NCBI RefSeq assembly: GCF_001194135.2
Contig: NC_068984.1
Coordinates: 29,526,248-29,590,247, forward strand
Origin: Octopus bimaculoides
Lineage: Eukaryota
DNA: 64,000 nucleotides
Direction: 5' to 3'
Shown here: positions 13,976 through 26,744 of the stretch, piece after piece
Position numbering within the stretch: position 1 is the first letter of the stretch
Layout: each line of letters opens with the position of its first letter
Notes under the pieces: model-generated
Seen by the model: only the letters and a program-made list of their open reading frames with translations
Told to the model about the DNA's origin: nothing
The model's database searches: none
Position numbers and translations under genes: made by a program

Positions 13976-14008
13976 CAGATAGATAGATAGATAGATAGAT
14001 AGATAGGC
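13825..14008. repeat. (CA)n and (GATA)n microsatellites
   Basis: Directly visible. Confidence 0.95.
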
Positions 14009-14043
14009 ATGTATAGATGTCAGAGGGTACATATATGAACATA

Positions 14044-14551
14044 CAGGTATTCCAAAATTCACTGATGGGTTTTAATTTTTAATAACTTCCTTGACGTTAC
14101 AAATAGTTGCATGAAATGTTGATATAACATAGAGGACATAAAGGAAATTAATACGCACACGTTAAATTTTGCAACGCCACTACATCACATATGAAAAATA
14201 ACATCGCTTAAATGGCAGCCATTTTCGGCTTCGAACGCCCGTGCTCTTTCCGAAATTTGCACCATAACACCCTCAAGAGTTTCAAACCCCTATGTTTCTG
14301 ATTTCTCTATGTTCTCCTTCAATTGCACCAGGGTCTCCGGTTTGTTGACGTAAACCCACTCTTTCAGGTATCCCCACAAAGAAAAAATCCGGGCTAGTCA
14401 AGTCTGGAGAACGTGAAGGCCATTCCAAATAAACCTCACACATGGTTCCACCAAGATGGGGCAACTCCTCATGCCGCAACAGAAAAAAATGCTGTTGCTA
14501 CGGCAGTGCTTTGGAGAGAGAATAATCTCCCGCTATGGCAATATCAACTGG
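14044..14551 (-). mobile_element. Tc1/mariner transposon 3' remnant with an inverted internal segment
   Basis: TA followed by a caggtattccaaaatt terminus at 14042-14059. Minus strand reads EWPSRSPDLTSPDFF(L)WGYLKEWVYVNKP...ENGCHLSDVIF. Plus strand 14443-14551 reads WFHQDGATPH...LLRQCFGERIISRYGNINW. Confidence 0.85.
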
Positions 14552-14799
14552 TACGGGGTAAAGAATAGCTTTAAGAGGGATCCATGTGAGCTGATATGAA
14601 GATAATGATGTAAATAGACAAATATACATCTTTGGGTTTAATATATAAAACATACTTTACATATATACATATAAATATATATAGGAATATGTATACCGAG
14701 AGAGAAACAAAAAACCGAAAACATTCAGAAAATGAACATTCATGTATAAGCATTTAGAAATTTATATATTTAAAGAACGGATTTACATTGCAAAAATAA

Positions 14800-15500
14800 A
14801 GATTAAGGGGAGATAACATGATATTTCAGGTCTGGATGCTGTTTATGGGTGCATGAAATTACGTAAGTGTTGTAATGTGTGCCGATGAAGTATGCAAAAA
14901 GTGAAGGGTATGCAACTAGCAGTGGATACATTTAATCAGTACTGTAAAACCGATTTCAAATAGTAATGCAGGAAATTTAAGGTTAGAGTGAGTGCAGAAG
15001 AACGTAAATAGAAGCCAGTGGAAGGAAGAAGTATGTGGGCCAAGGGGAGGAGTTTTGAATCAAAGGAAGTGTAAGAAGAACTAGGAAACGCAGGGGAGGG
15101 AGAGGACGGAGGTGAATGACCCTCGGGTATTGAGGGAATTAAAAGTAGGAGTGGTTAGTCGAGAGATGAGCAGGACGGTTGGGATGTGTAGTATTGTGAA
15201 GAGTGGAAGCGTTGTTGGGTTTGACAACAGATATTAGTAATGAAGAGTGACGAGAGGTATAGGACTGAGAAAGCAAAGCAGAATACAATGAGAGAAGGGA
15301 AAAGCGGGCATTAAAATAGAGATAAGGGATCTAGTCATACATGCAGGCAGGGAGGCGAAAAGGAAAGTCAAAGGATGAAGGTGGTTTCGCAGCAGATTTA
15401 GAAAAGTACGAGAATAAATAGAAAGAGGAAAACAGAGATGGGGAAAAAGTGGGAAAGATTGGTAGAAATCACAAGGAGGAGGTAATGCTAAGTAATTCCG
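14800..15500 (-). mobile_element. Purine-rich island, possibly a heavily decayed PLE reverse transcriptase
   Basis: Scattered minus-strand motifs (FDSKLLPL; PSLFAYFIG; HPDLKYHVIS) fall in the order expected for a PLE RT; no intact catalytic motif. Confidence 0.25.
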
Positions 15501-15591
15501 GTTGAGGATGATGCTGATAGGGGCGGGGAAGATATTTGAAGTATGTGGGGGTGGTAGTAAAGAAGGATGTGCTAGGTGGGAGGAATGTGCA

Positions 15592-15592
15592 A

Positions 15593-15635
<43 letters not shown>

Positions 15636-15718
15636 TTATCTATCTGTCTGTCTGTCTGTCTGTCTGTCTGACTGTCTGTCTGTCAGCCTGCTTGTCTGTC
15701 TCTCTGTTTGTCTGTCTA

Positions 15719-15750
<32 letters not shown>

Positions 15751-15875
15751 TCTATTTATCTATCTNNNNNNNNNNNNNNNNNNNNNNNNNNNNNNNNNNN
15801 NNNNNNNNNNNNNNNNNNNNNNNNNNNNNNNNNNNNNNNNNNNNNNNNNTATATATATATATATATATATATATG
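15592..15875. repeat. (TCTA)n/(TCTG)n and (TA)n microsatellites around a gap
   Basis: Directly visible. Confidence 0.95.
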
Positions 15876-17330
15876 AATCTATAAACCCTATTGTCCTTAA
15901 TAGCGCTCTCATTTTCGCAAAGAGATACACTATTCTAAGTGTGAGAAACATTAAAGTGATGCTTACTGCCCGTAAGACTGTCATCGAATTTGATAACAAA
16001 TTATTGACGAGAGAAAATACACCGGACCTCTTTGATATTACAATGGGATCGCCAGACTCTGCGGAAGCGACAGACCTTGTAGGTCTATATACCTTAGATA
16101 ATATAGGTAGATAATTCCATGAATTAACCAGAGGTCTATATAGGTATGACACGCTATTCTTAGTTGAGAACCTTTCAAATAGATGCCTTGAATTGCTTAA
16201 AAAGCGATTATATAAATTCTTTAATAGGTTTGGCCTATCCATAATTATAGAAAACGAAAACTATTCTATAAACTATTTAGATACAAATTGTACCTTAAAT
16301 GCCGGACTCCATGAACCTTATATGAAAGAAAACTCTACATTAATATATATAAACAATTCTACTAACCATCGCCCTCAAATAAAAAAAGCCCTACTAATAA
16401 ATATAAGTCAACAATTTCAAACCTTTCCTCTAATGAAGGCATATTTTACAAATATAAGGAAAAATACAAAATAGCACTAAAAAATGCAGGATATAAAGGT
16501 AAAATTAAATATCTCTCCAATAATATTAACTATACTAGCCAGGATAGAGAAACCACCTCGAGCCCACAAGATTTAGACAAATGTAACACTACGAAAGATA
16601 AATATAAAAAATAGCAATAATAAAAAAAGAAATATGAAAAATATGATAAGACAACCCATAAAAAATAATAGACAAAATAACAACAACAACCACAATAATA
16701 ATAATACGAATAATATACTTATTAGTACTAATAGTAAAAATTATAACAGAATTAGTATAATTAAATATAAAAATAAAAATAAGAATAATAACAGACTTTA
16801 CACATAATATAAGTAACCCTAATAAGGGAATAATGAAATATATACTATGTCTAATAAGCCCTTTCGCTATGCAAATAAAAAATAACATAGTAAAAGCAAT
16901 TTTTACTTCAATTAAGAAACATTTTAGAAATGGAGAAAACAAATATTAGGAGATAATCAATAACAAAACAATAAGAATAGGATACAGTCTAACACATAAC
17001 CTAGCTACCATCATCTCCTCAATTAACAATAGAAAATTGGACACCTTGTATCTAAGTAGAAAAAATAACAGAATACAAATAATCATAATAACAATAATAT
17101 ATGTATATGTAAAAGTATGTATATATGTATGTATTTATATTTATAACTTAACCTTACGAACTTTCTAAACTCTCTGACGAAGCCCAGAGGCACACCCAAT
17201 TACCTTAATTTTATCTACCAAATACTTCAGTTCACTAAAGGGATGGAAATAAAATGGGGTACTGTGACCGCTTGGCTGAAACAGCTGCAAGAAACTATTC
17301 TACTTTCTATGTTCTACGATATATATTTTA
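15876..17330 (+). mobile_element. Penelope-like element, decayed (RT, linker, 3' non-coding end)
   Basis: Translates TARKT...FDITMGSPDSAEATDLVGLY...GLYRYD (decayed YRDD)...INYLD...PYMKEN...STNH.PQIKK, then PF...KKHF...NKTIRIGYS..HNL..II; endonuclease largely missing. Confidence 0.85.
17167..17295 (+). ncRNA. Degenerate type I hammerhead-like motif with a long loop II
   Basis: CTGACGA 17174-17180; AGCC 17181-17184 pairs with GGCT 17274-17277; GAAAC 17278-17282; palindromic CAGCTG; cleavage triplet reads GCA rather than GUH. Confidence 0.55.
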
Positions 17331-18229
17331 ATAATTCCTGATATTTTTATATATGCTGTCATCACTGAAAAATAAAAGAAGTTCAAATTGTATAGTCAAA
17401 TCCCATATTCTGTGTAATTCCATGTTTTCACAAACAAACATTAAATATTAGTACAGCATTCATAAATTAAGAAAATAATGTCAGAAAATAAAAACAAAAG
17501 TTGAGTTCGGTACTGTTTATAATTCAATCTAATCAAATATCATGAGTTTTGTAATATCGTGTATATTGTATATTTGGCTGGGAGCCAATCTGTAGGATAT
17601 AAATTACATAACAAAGCAGGCCAGCTTAAATATATTGTTGAGTATCTTTCATCCTTTGTAGGATTGCTTTTTCTTTTTTTTTTACTTGCTTGGATACGAT
17701 AATTCAAAAGAGATCTTTTTCACAAGTTACTCTGCCAAATAGCTACATTATATATCTTTCCTAACCAGTGGTTCTAGTATTCTTTCTCGGGTATATGTAA
17801 GCTCTATAAGAACAACAGTCATCAAAATCCTTATAGAGATGAGTATCACGTTATTAACATTGGAGCCACATTCAGAAACAACAGTAACAGTACAATATAA
17901 ATGTCTTCTTTTCATTCATCATTATTACTACTAAAAAATTAATAATAAAATGGTCAAATGATTATGAAAAAGCTTTCTTGACAGACACCAAAACCATCTG
18001 GCACACATTCATCTCACCTTACATGGTATGTGAATATTGTTAGACAGCAATATAGCGTTACAAATATGTTGATAGGTATACAATGAGAAAGGAAAGAAAA
18101 GAAAAACGAAAAATGAATGAAAGAAAAGAGAAACAAAAAATGCTTTGTAATGAAATTTCAATGGGTGAACCACATCACATTGAAAAGAAACCTCACTCAC
18201 TCTCCCTCTCTCTCGCTTTCTCTCGATCC

Positions 18230-18268
<39 letters not shown>

Positions 18269-18560
18269 CTTTCCTTATCCTTTATTAGTTTTTTCCTCTT
18301 TCTGGATTGTCCTGAAACTTCTCTGTGACTATTTTCCGCCTCTTTGCTTTTCTTTCTCTCTTCCCCATTTTTCCAAACAAACAGCAAAAACAAAAATATT
18401 TTTCTCCTCTTCTAAAGACAGCAAAAAAAAAAAAAACATCTGATTCATATAAATGAACAACGAAACGTTCATTCTTTACCATTTCGATTTTGTCTTGACG
18501 AGTACGATAAACGAACGAAAGCGCTAATGAAGAATTACTCAAACTGCTTATTCTAAATAT

Positions 18561-18944
18561 TCTTTTATTCTTCTATTCTTTTACTTGTTTTAGTCATTTG
18601 ACTGCGACCATGCTGGAGCAAAGTTTTAGTCAAACAAATCGACCCCAGGACTTATTCTTTGTAAGTCATGTACTTATTCTATCGTTGTCTTTTGCGGAAC
18701 CACTAGATTATAGGGTCGTAAGCACACCATCATCGGTTGTCAAGCAAGAGTGGTGGGTGACAAACGCAGACACACAAACATATATACACACACACACATA
18801 TATACGACGGGCTTCTTTTAGTTTCCGTCTACCAAATCCACTCACAAGGCCTTGGTCGGCCTGAGGCTATAGTAGAAGACACTTGCTCAGCTCAGGGTGC
18901 CACGTAGTGGTACTGAACACGGAGCCATGTGGCTGGGAAGCAAA
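18561..18944 (-). mobile_element. Family B SINE, near full length
   Basis: Colinear with the copies at 22336-22714 and 54321-54888, including the internal (CA/TA)n tract. Confidence 0.9.
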
Positions 18945-20167
18945 TAAATATATAATAAAAGGATATATATAGAAAGGAAGTATAAGTAGAAGACAAGTTC
19001 TAATTTAAGGTTGTATCGTAATTAGGGTATAATACATACTCTACATAATAGGCAAATTATGAATAAAATTTGTGTTTACATAAAAGGATTGCATCAGAGA
19101 ATCGATTGAGTAATGAGAGATTGTGGTGTCGATACGTTTATGCGTGTGTGTGTGTGAATATGTATATATATATATATATATATTTATACCACCATAAAAC
19201 TGTATGTATCTATACATGCATACCGACATACACACATACGTATATTGAAATAATCTTATGTACGTGACTGAAGGCTAGAGTGTCTGGCAACATGAAATGT
19301 AATTAGCTGATGGTTAAGTTATCGAAATATGTTACTATCTATTTTCAGTGAAAAAAATGGATACGTACTCCCTCAACTACTCTCCTCCAGTCTGTTTCTA
19401 AGAAAATTTGGGGACATAGTTTAACACGTGTCATTGATATCATGGAACTATCTAAGATGCCCACTATCAATCTTAAATGCTGTTTGAAAGTGCTACTTTA
19501 TAATTTATAATTTGATAATGTACTCTGCATATAAGTTTTTTCTGATATCATTAATGAAATATGCATAAGATGACGGAACTGAATAATTAAAGACCTTTTG
19601 TTTTACATACACACACACACAAACACACACACGCATGTAAATACACACATACACACATATATGTACACACACACTTTCCTTCTCTCTCTCACACGCGCAC
19701 ATAGTTGTACATGCATGTGGACATATATCCATACTTACATATATATATTACAAACACATGTATGTATGTATATATTGCTATGCTTTGTTTTCTATTTTAT
19801 AGTAACTGATTATAGATATTATGCCTGTGAGGTTAATACATTTGACAATATGTTTAAAGACTTTGATTTTAGTGATTAGATATCGATTTATGTGCTGCAG
19901 CACTTTTCTAAAATCATAAATATCATCAATAAAATCTGCAGTTGTGCAGCAATGAATTGCAACAGGTTTGATTTCACTCGAGTTGAAAAATGTCGGTAAC
20001 ATATTTACAGGTAATTGTCTAGTTCACTAAGGACTACGAGCAAAAGTGTATTCAATAGGAAGGAACCTACGTCGGTGATTTACATCAGTGAAAACTTTGT
20101 CAACATGCTCACATACACCCTTAAATACTTTCCGTATATTTATTTCCTATGTATATGTATATACAAC

Positions 20168-20289
20168 GTGGCTGCATATTAAGAAGCTTGCTTCCCAACC
20201 ATATAGTTCCGAGTACAGTCCCACTGCGTGATACCTTGGGCAAGTGTTTTCATGGGGTTAGTAGCCCGCGCTCTTAACCACTGCGCCAT
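20168..20289. mobile_element. Two tRNA-like SINE heads joined in opposite orientation
   Basis: 20168-20250 is a plus-strand family-B head (gtggctg...cttcccaacc...ccttgggcaagtgt). 20254-20289 reverse-complements to atggcgcagtggttaagagcgcgggctactaacccc. Confidence 0.65.
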
Positions 20290-21760
20290 ATGCGTAGAAC
20301 TTTACAACTTAGATATCAGTTTAAGTGATATTTTCAAAAGCTTTCCTAGAAGATTGTCGCATCTACAAAAATGAAAAACGGGTTTTACCTATTGTCGAAG
20401 TTATAGACATGAGAGTAAATTGGAGAAAACTGCTGTTTTATTTTCATCTTTTGTATTCTTCATAATTGTTTCAGTTACTGACTGTAGCCATGGTGAAGCA
20501 CGACTTGTTACTGAAAAATGAAATAATTCTGAAATTTATTTTGTTAAAAGGTTTTATGTTTTTCTTGGTATTCAGATCAAATAATGCCTTCTTTTCATAT
20601 TTTGTGTTTGATAGCACGATTAATACGTATATATTAAAACAAATCAATCTATGGGGTATCATTTCATTTGTTTTTGTAACTCTAATAATATTCCCACTGG
20701 CCCATATAAGTGTTTTAAATTGGGTATCTAAATGTTGCTATGAAAGATGCAGCCAGATCAATTGCGGCAATGTTCTTTTTTTCTAGCCTGTTTATGGCCT
20801 TGTGATATATATCTAACGAGTTATTTCAAAGAACACAAATCGCGGAAAAAATCGTCCTTGATTATTAGTAGAGTCTTAAAAGTGTTGGAAACCGGCCATT
20901 TATGCTTTAAAGAGTTAATGCAAAAGATGATTCAGCCATTGATATACGTACGCACGACTGCACAAAAGTCTGCGCACATGAAGTATTCATGTGTGAGACT
21001 CTGCGCTTCCATATTGTAAGCTGGGGGCATAATAAGAGTGAGAAAAAGGATTAACCAAGACATGTCTGAAATTTGATACACGATATAAAGTGACAGGGTC
21101 GGAATTTGAACGACTCAAGAGACGTAAGCGCACAATGTTTGCGAAAATCGATCATTTGAAATGAGAGCAACTTGTGTCTAAGCCAAAAGGTTTGTTACCA
21201 AGTGGAAATGACTGATGTATTTATTTCTAACCCTTCCAGCCTTTCAAGTAACTTTAAATCGCCTGCTTACTAAGGTTCTTCGATCGATTTGTTTGTTTTG
21301 ACCCCTGACAATAGAATCGATTGAAAGAAATCATACTAATACGTAGTACGTTATTAACATAGCAGTGACGTTTTTGTAGATTTCTTTTATTTTAATATCT
21401 CGAATGCTTTAGCGTGTAATACAACGCTTTTAAGCCTAAACGAGTCAATAATAAACTTTTGATCCACCCAATAACCTTTCAATCACACCCTACTTTAAAA
21501 CGGATCTGATTTTATATCCGCTTGCCTTGCACGCCAGCATTAGCAAAGCTTATGATTTAAAATATAGGCAGAACACAGTTGATATAGTTGGTAAATACAT
21601 GCATGGCATTAGTGAAGGCCAAGAAGAAATGAGTATTGAAGGGAAATATTCACACGAGAAAATTATTATTAAGCAGAATTACAACATTCTGGAGCGTTTC
21701 ATGTATACGTCTCTGTCTCTCTTTCAACACACACACATATGTATGTTTATACAGTGTGTA

Positions 21761-21819
<59 letters not shown>

Positions 21820-22123
21820 NNNNNNNNNNNNNNNNNNNNNNNNNNNNNNNNNNNNNNNNNNNNNNNNNNNNNNNNNNNNNNNNNNNNNNNNNNNNNNNNN
21901 NNNNNNNNNNNNNNNNNNNNNNNNNNNNNNNNNNNNNNNNNNNNNNNNNNNNNNNNNNNNNNNNNNNNNNNNNNNNNNNNNNNNNNNNNNNNNNNNNNNN
22001 NNNNNNNNNNNNNNNNNNNNNNNNNNNNNNNNNNNNNNNNNNNNNNNNNNNNNNNNNNNNNNNNNNNNNNNNNNNNNNNNNNNNNNNNNNNNNNNNNNNN
22101 NNCACTAGCTCCACATATATGTA

Positions 22124-22331
22124 TTGGCTTCAAACTTTGACACAAAGACAGCAATTTCGGGGTTAGGACTAAGTCAATTATATCGACCCCAGTGCTCAAC
22201 TGATGCTTTCGATAACGAAAGCATTTAAAGCAGAGTCGATGTCAGAGCGTAAATTCGAACTTAGAACATAAAGACGGACGAAATGCTACTAAGCAATTTT
22301 ACCGGCGTGCTAACGATTTTGCTAACTTACC
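22124..22331 (-). mobile_element. Family A SINE (diverged)
   Basis: Colinear with other family-A copies. Confidence 0.8.
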
Positions 22332-22335
22332 TTAT

Positions 22336-22714
22336 ATTCTTTTATTCTTTTATTTGTTTCAGTCATTTGACTGCTGGAGCACCGCCTTTAGTCGAACAAA
22401 TCGACCCCAGGACTTAGGCTTTTCTAAGCCTAATACTTATTCTATCGGGCCCTTTTGCCGATCCGCTATGTTACGGGGACATAAATACACTAACATTGGT
22501 TGTCAAGCGATGGGGGGAAACAAAGATACACAAACATATACGTATATATACACGACGGGTTTCTTTCAGCTTCCGTCTACCAAATCCATTCACAAGACTT
22601 TGGTCGGCCCGAGGCTATAGTAGAAGACACTTGTCCAAGGTGCCACGCAGTGGGACTAAACACGAAACAAGTAGTTGGTGAGGAAGCTACTTACCACACA
22701 GTTACTCCTGCGTC
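22336..22714 (-). mobile_element. Family B SINE, full length, abutting the family A copy
   Basis: Head gacgcaggagtaactgtgtggtaagtagc on the minus strand; core ccttggacaagtgtcttctactatagcc. Confidence 0.9.
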
Positions 22715-22807
22715 TATATATATAAATATATATACATACATACACACATATACATATGTATGCATGCATATATGTATATATGTGTATATATATATGTATG
22801 TATATAT

Positions 22808-22859
<52 letters not shown>

Positions 22860-23564
22860 ATTGACAGTTAAGCACATAAAGCCACAAGTCAAATTATTAT
22901 CTTAACTCGGTCTTCAAATGATCAATAGCCTTTGAATGTTTATTGCTATTAAGGACAGCTATATATAAATTTCCACACCGAAAGTTTAGCTTTGACATAA
23001 TGCTATATATACGGTCTAATTTCAATTAAAATCCTGTTCAGTATTTCTCCTAGCGGATGATTTTCATATGGACACTTTATCATAAAAACACTGGGATACG
23101 TAGCGACAGATTTGCATAAAGGCTTAAGATGCCTGACTTCTTCAAGAACGCATAAAGTAAACTTATTCGCATCGTCCAAATACAATCGATTTGTGGTACT
23201 GTAAAAAGTTCTTAGGAATTGTAGGTATTCTCCATTTGAGGTTTCTCAAATGAATATATGCTTGTGTATGTGGTATACATACAGACAAACACAGAAGCAA
23301 TAATGAAGTAGACATAACTATGTACTTAAGTAAATGCACACTGCTACATAAGTGCAAGTTTATGTCCGCACACACTTGAATGTATGCACATATTAAATAA
23401 TTCACCTATTCACGAAACCCAAGGGGTGTCATGTCCTTCACAAACGAACCGAATATTTTGTTAGTGAGCAGTTTGAATTCTATAAAGGGAAGAAACGGTA
23501 GAAAGAGAAATACAAACATTTATACATACATACATACAAACATATATTCATACATACAACAGCA

Positions 23565-23730
23565 ATTTGGCAGAGGTGTCAGAACGCTAAGCAAGGTAAA
23601 ATGCCTTGCGGCATTCATTCTAGATCTCAGTGCTTTACTTCAACTTCTGCTCTTCTGCTGATGTTAACCTTGCCTTCCAGTACTGTGCGGTCGATAAATA
23701 AAATTTCAGTCGAATACTGGAGCTGATTTT
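23565..23730 (+). mobile_element. Highly diverged family A SINE
   Basis: tggcagaggtgtcagaacgct...aaaatgccttgcggcatt...ggtcgataaataaaa resembles the family-A body. Confidence 0.45.
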
Positions 23731-23866
23731 TTTTTTCGAATTCTCACAATTTCTTTCTCTCTGAAGAAATCGACTGTCTTCAAACCTGGAGAAGTTTGGG
23801 CTATGCATTTGAAATACACCAAAATATGTCACGAAGTAGCGCACTTACAAATCTATTAGAAGATAT

Positions 23867-23909
23867 GGACTCATCGCCACCACCGCTAAATCCTGGTGGT
23901 GGTGAGTCC
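23867..23909. other. 16-bp hairpin with an 11-nt loop
   Basis: ggactcatcgccacca (23867-23882) pairs continuously with tggtggtggtgagtcc (23894-23909) on the plus strand, including 2 G-U pairs. Confidence 0.8.
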
Positions 23910-24202
23910 TGAAGAAGCAGCTGTATAAACCGTTCATTAACAACTGTAACTACTATACCTCTTCCCCCATAACTAGTGTATCTAATACTGTATTACTCTA
24001 TGGGCTCTTCACATTTTATGATGGTAAGGTCTAATGTAAGGGAGTATTTTGTGAGTGCATGCAGCTGTGTTTGTGTGTGAGTGTGAGTGTGAACACCGAC
24101 GCGTATGATTATTTGTGAATGTATGTGTCTGTGTGCGACTCTTAGTGTGTATGAATTTATGCGTGTATGGTGTGTAGTGTGTGTGTGTGTTGGATACATC
24201 AT

Positions 24203-24417
24203 ATTGGTTTCAAATTTTGACACAATGCCAGCAAACTCGAGGGCGGGCGTAAGTCGATTACATCGACCCCAGTGTTCATCTGGTACTTATTTTATTGACC
24301 TCGAAGGATGAAAAGCAAAGTCGACGTCGGCGGAATTTGAACTTTGAATGTGAAGGCGGGTCGAAGTGCCGCTAAGCACTTTAGCCGGCATGGTTACAAT
24401 TCTGCGAACCGGCCGCC
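24203..24417 (-). mobile_element. Family A SINE
   Basis: Colinear with other family-A copies. Confidence 0.85.
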
Positions 24418-24542
24418 TTAATAGGGTACTTAAGATTAATGTCTCTGTGTACTCATTTAGTCAAATATCGTTTCTTCTCCGTACTGAATGATGCAGACTG
24501 GAATCGTGGTATAAGATTTTGGAGCAGAATAATCCTTATATA

Positions 24543-24756
24543 ATATTCTTTTCTACTTTCGGCACAAGGCCAGAAATTTTGGGGAGGGGCCAGTCGATTA
24601 GATCGACCACTGTACGCAACTGGTACTTAATTTATCGACTCAAAAGGATTAAAGGCAAAGTTGACCTCGGCGGAATTTGAACTCAGAACGTAAAGACAGA
24701 TGAAATACTGCTAAGCATTTCGCCCGCCGTACTAACGTTTCTGCTAGTTCGTCGCC
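24543..24756 (-). mobile_element. Family A SINE, well preserved
   Basis: B-box-like gttctgagttcaaattcc and tail ggccttgtgccgaaagtagaaaagaatatt on the minus strand. Confidence 0.92.
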
Positions 24757-26744
24757 TTATAATTCCTACCTAATATTATTTCCGTTCTGCTCACGATCGA
24801 ATAATATAGCGAATGGAATCATGAACATATTCAAAGAAATACTGCTTGAGTGTAGTTCTAAGTAAAATAAACAAACAAAAAACAAATAAACCAAAAAAAA
24901 ACCAAGGCAACCTTGTTTTGGTTGACTTTATGCTTTCCCTCGCCTTATTAGAATAACAACCGTCTTTTCCTGAAATAAAACCCAGCCATTTTGAAACGGA
25001 GAAGATACATAGCACAATGTAATCGTACATGAATTGTGCTCGTAAACGGTATGACATTGTCTTTGAAGGACACTCTTTCGCTATAGACCAAGGTGAACAA
25101 GAACAACAGCAGAAATAAAGTAGCAGCAACAACAACAATATCAACAAGAACAACACAACAATAACACCTACATATTTCCGATAGTTTAATAAAGAAATGG
25201 ACACGGAATATTTATTGAAACAAAATTAAATTGGGTAAAGTTGGTTTGTTCAGACACGACAATAGTTGAATCATAAAATATGGAAGAGAAGTATTCCGTC
25301 GGGTGACCGAGCTTTACAGATGATTAATCTAAGTCGCATTTCTAAACTATTTATAGTATAAAGTAACGTTATTTAATAGATCATAAAGAATATGAAATTA
25401 TTAATAATGAATTTATTATACACCCGAAATTGTTTTATAGAAACGTTAGAAATATTTTCTTAGTAGATAACAATAAATGCTATAGAAGGGCAACCAGACT
25501 CAGAGATCTTTTAGAGTTTGATCAGAATTGTATTCAACATTAATTTTCCTCATTAGATAAAGACTCCGTTGTAACTTTCAAAACATGGAGTCTGAATTAC
25601 AAAGATTACTTTCTGAAACTACAAAGTAGTTACAATGTAGATCTTACAAAGATATTCTTCATTTATACATATTTTAAACTTACTCTGATTCGCTATCTTC
25701 TGTTGTGTTTAGAAAATTTCCAGTTCGTATTTTTCAAATAAAAAAACATTTCTCTCCATTTGTTTGCAATTATCTTTAGAATTTAATTCAATGAGTAGAT
25801 ATTGTTTGAGAAGATTTAATTTTTCATCTTTTTTTTTTGTTTTTGTTTTTGTTTAGCTTTAATTGAGTTTTATTATTTCGACTATTTTCCAAGCCTTGTT
25901 ATTGCTGAAAGCTACCTATTTCGTTGGCATTGCGATTTCTAATATCATTTGATGACTTGATGTATTCATGAATTGCCTACGGCTTAGCATTCGATTTCTA
26001 CATCCATTCATCCATTCATTGTATTTATATACGTATATATATATGCATATATATGTATATATGTATATATATATATTATATATATATATATATATTATAT
26101 ATATATANNNNNNNNNNNNNNNNNNNNNNNNNNNNNNNNNNNNNNNNNNNNNNNNNNNNNNNNNNNNNNNNNNNNNNNNNNNNNNNATTTATTTATTTAT
26201 TTACTTATATATATATATATATATGTAAAATGTAATGTATTTGTACGTGAACGCACATATTCACTTATGTATATATAAAAGAAAATGTGCGTGGGTGTGT
26301 GGGTGTGTGGGGATGTGGGTGTGAGGGTGTGTAAGTACACACTTGCAATCATACTACCTATCACGGTCAAATATATCAAGTACACCAAATGCGATATTAA
26401 TATATGCAGAACAATATTTCGTTTATAGTTTCTATTACAACGTTTTAATGTCCAATTAGGCCACTGTGATTTCGATCAGTATTTCAAATGTTCTTTTTGC
26501 TTTGCAATAGTCTAAATGTTGGCAAATCTATTTACGTCATAAGTACTATATCTTCATCGTTATGGTATAATAATATTGCTAAATCAGCTTACATTCATCT
26601 CTTCCAGCAGACCTCGGTATGCCTTTCTTATGCTTCTCAAGCGCACTCGACTTCAGACACCAATGAACCAGCAACCAAACAACTTTGCCACCGAGTACAG
26701 AACACCTCTTCCAGTACATTTCAAGACTTTAGGGCTGAAACGAT

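Noticed and set aside
17985-18025. Candidate 41-nt exon (tttcttgacag ... gtatgt); a similar 23-nt candidate at 11282-11304
   Set aside because: Splice-like words alone are common in AT-rich DNA; no recognisable peptide and no RNA evidence.
20747-21019. Mariner-like PCDIYL...KEH.SRKK peptide
   Set aside because: A single weak motif without TIRs or other conserved blocks.
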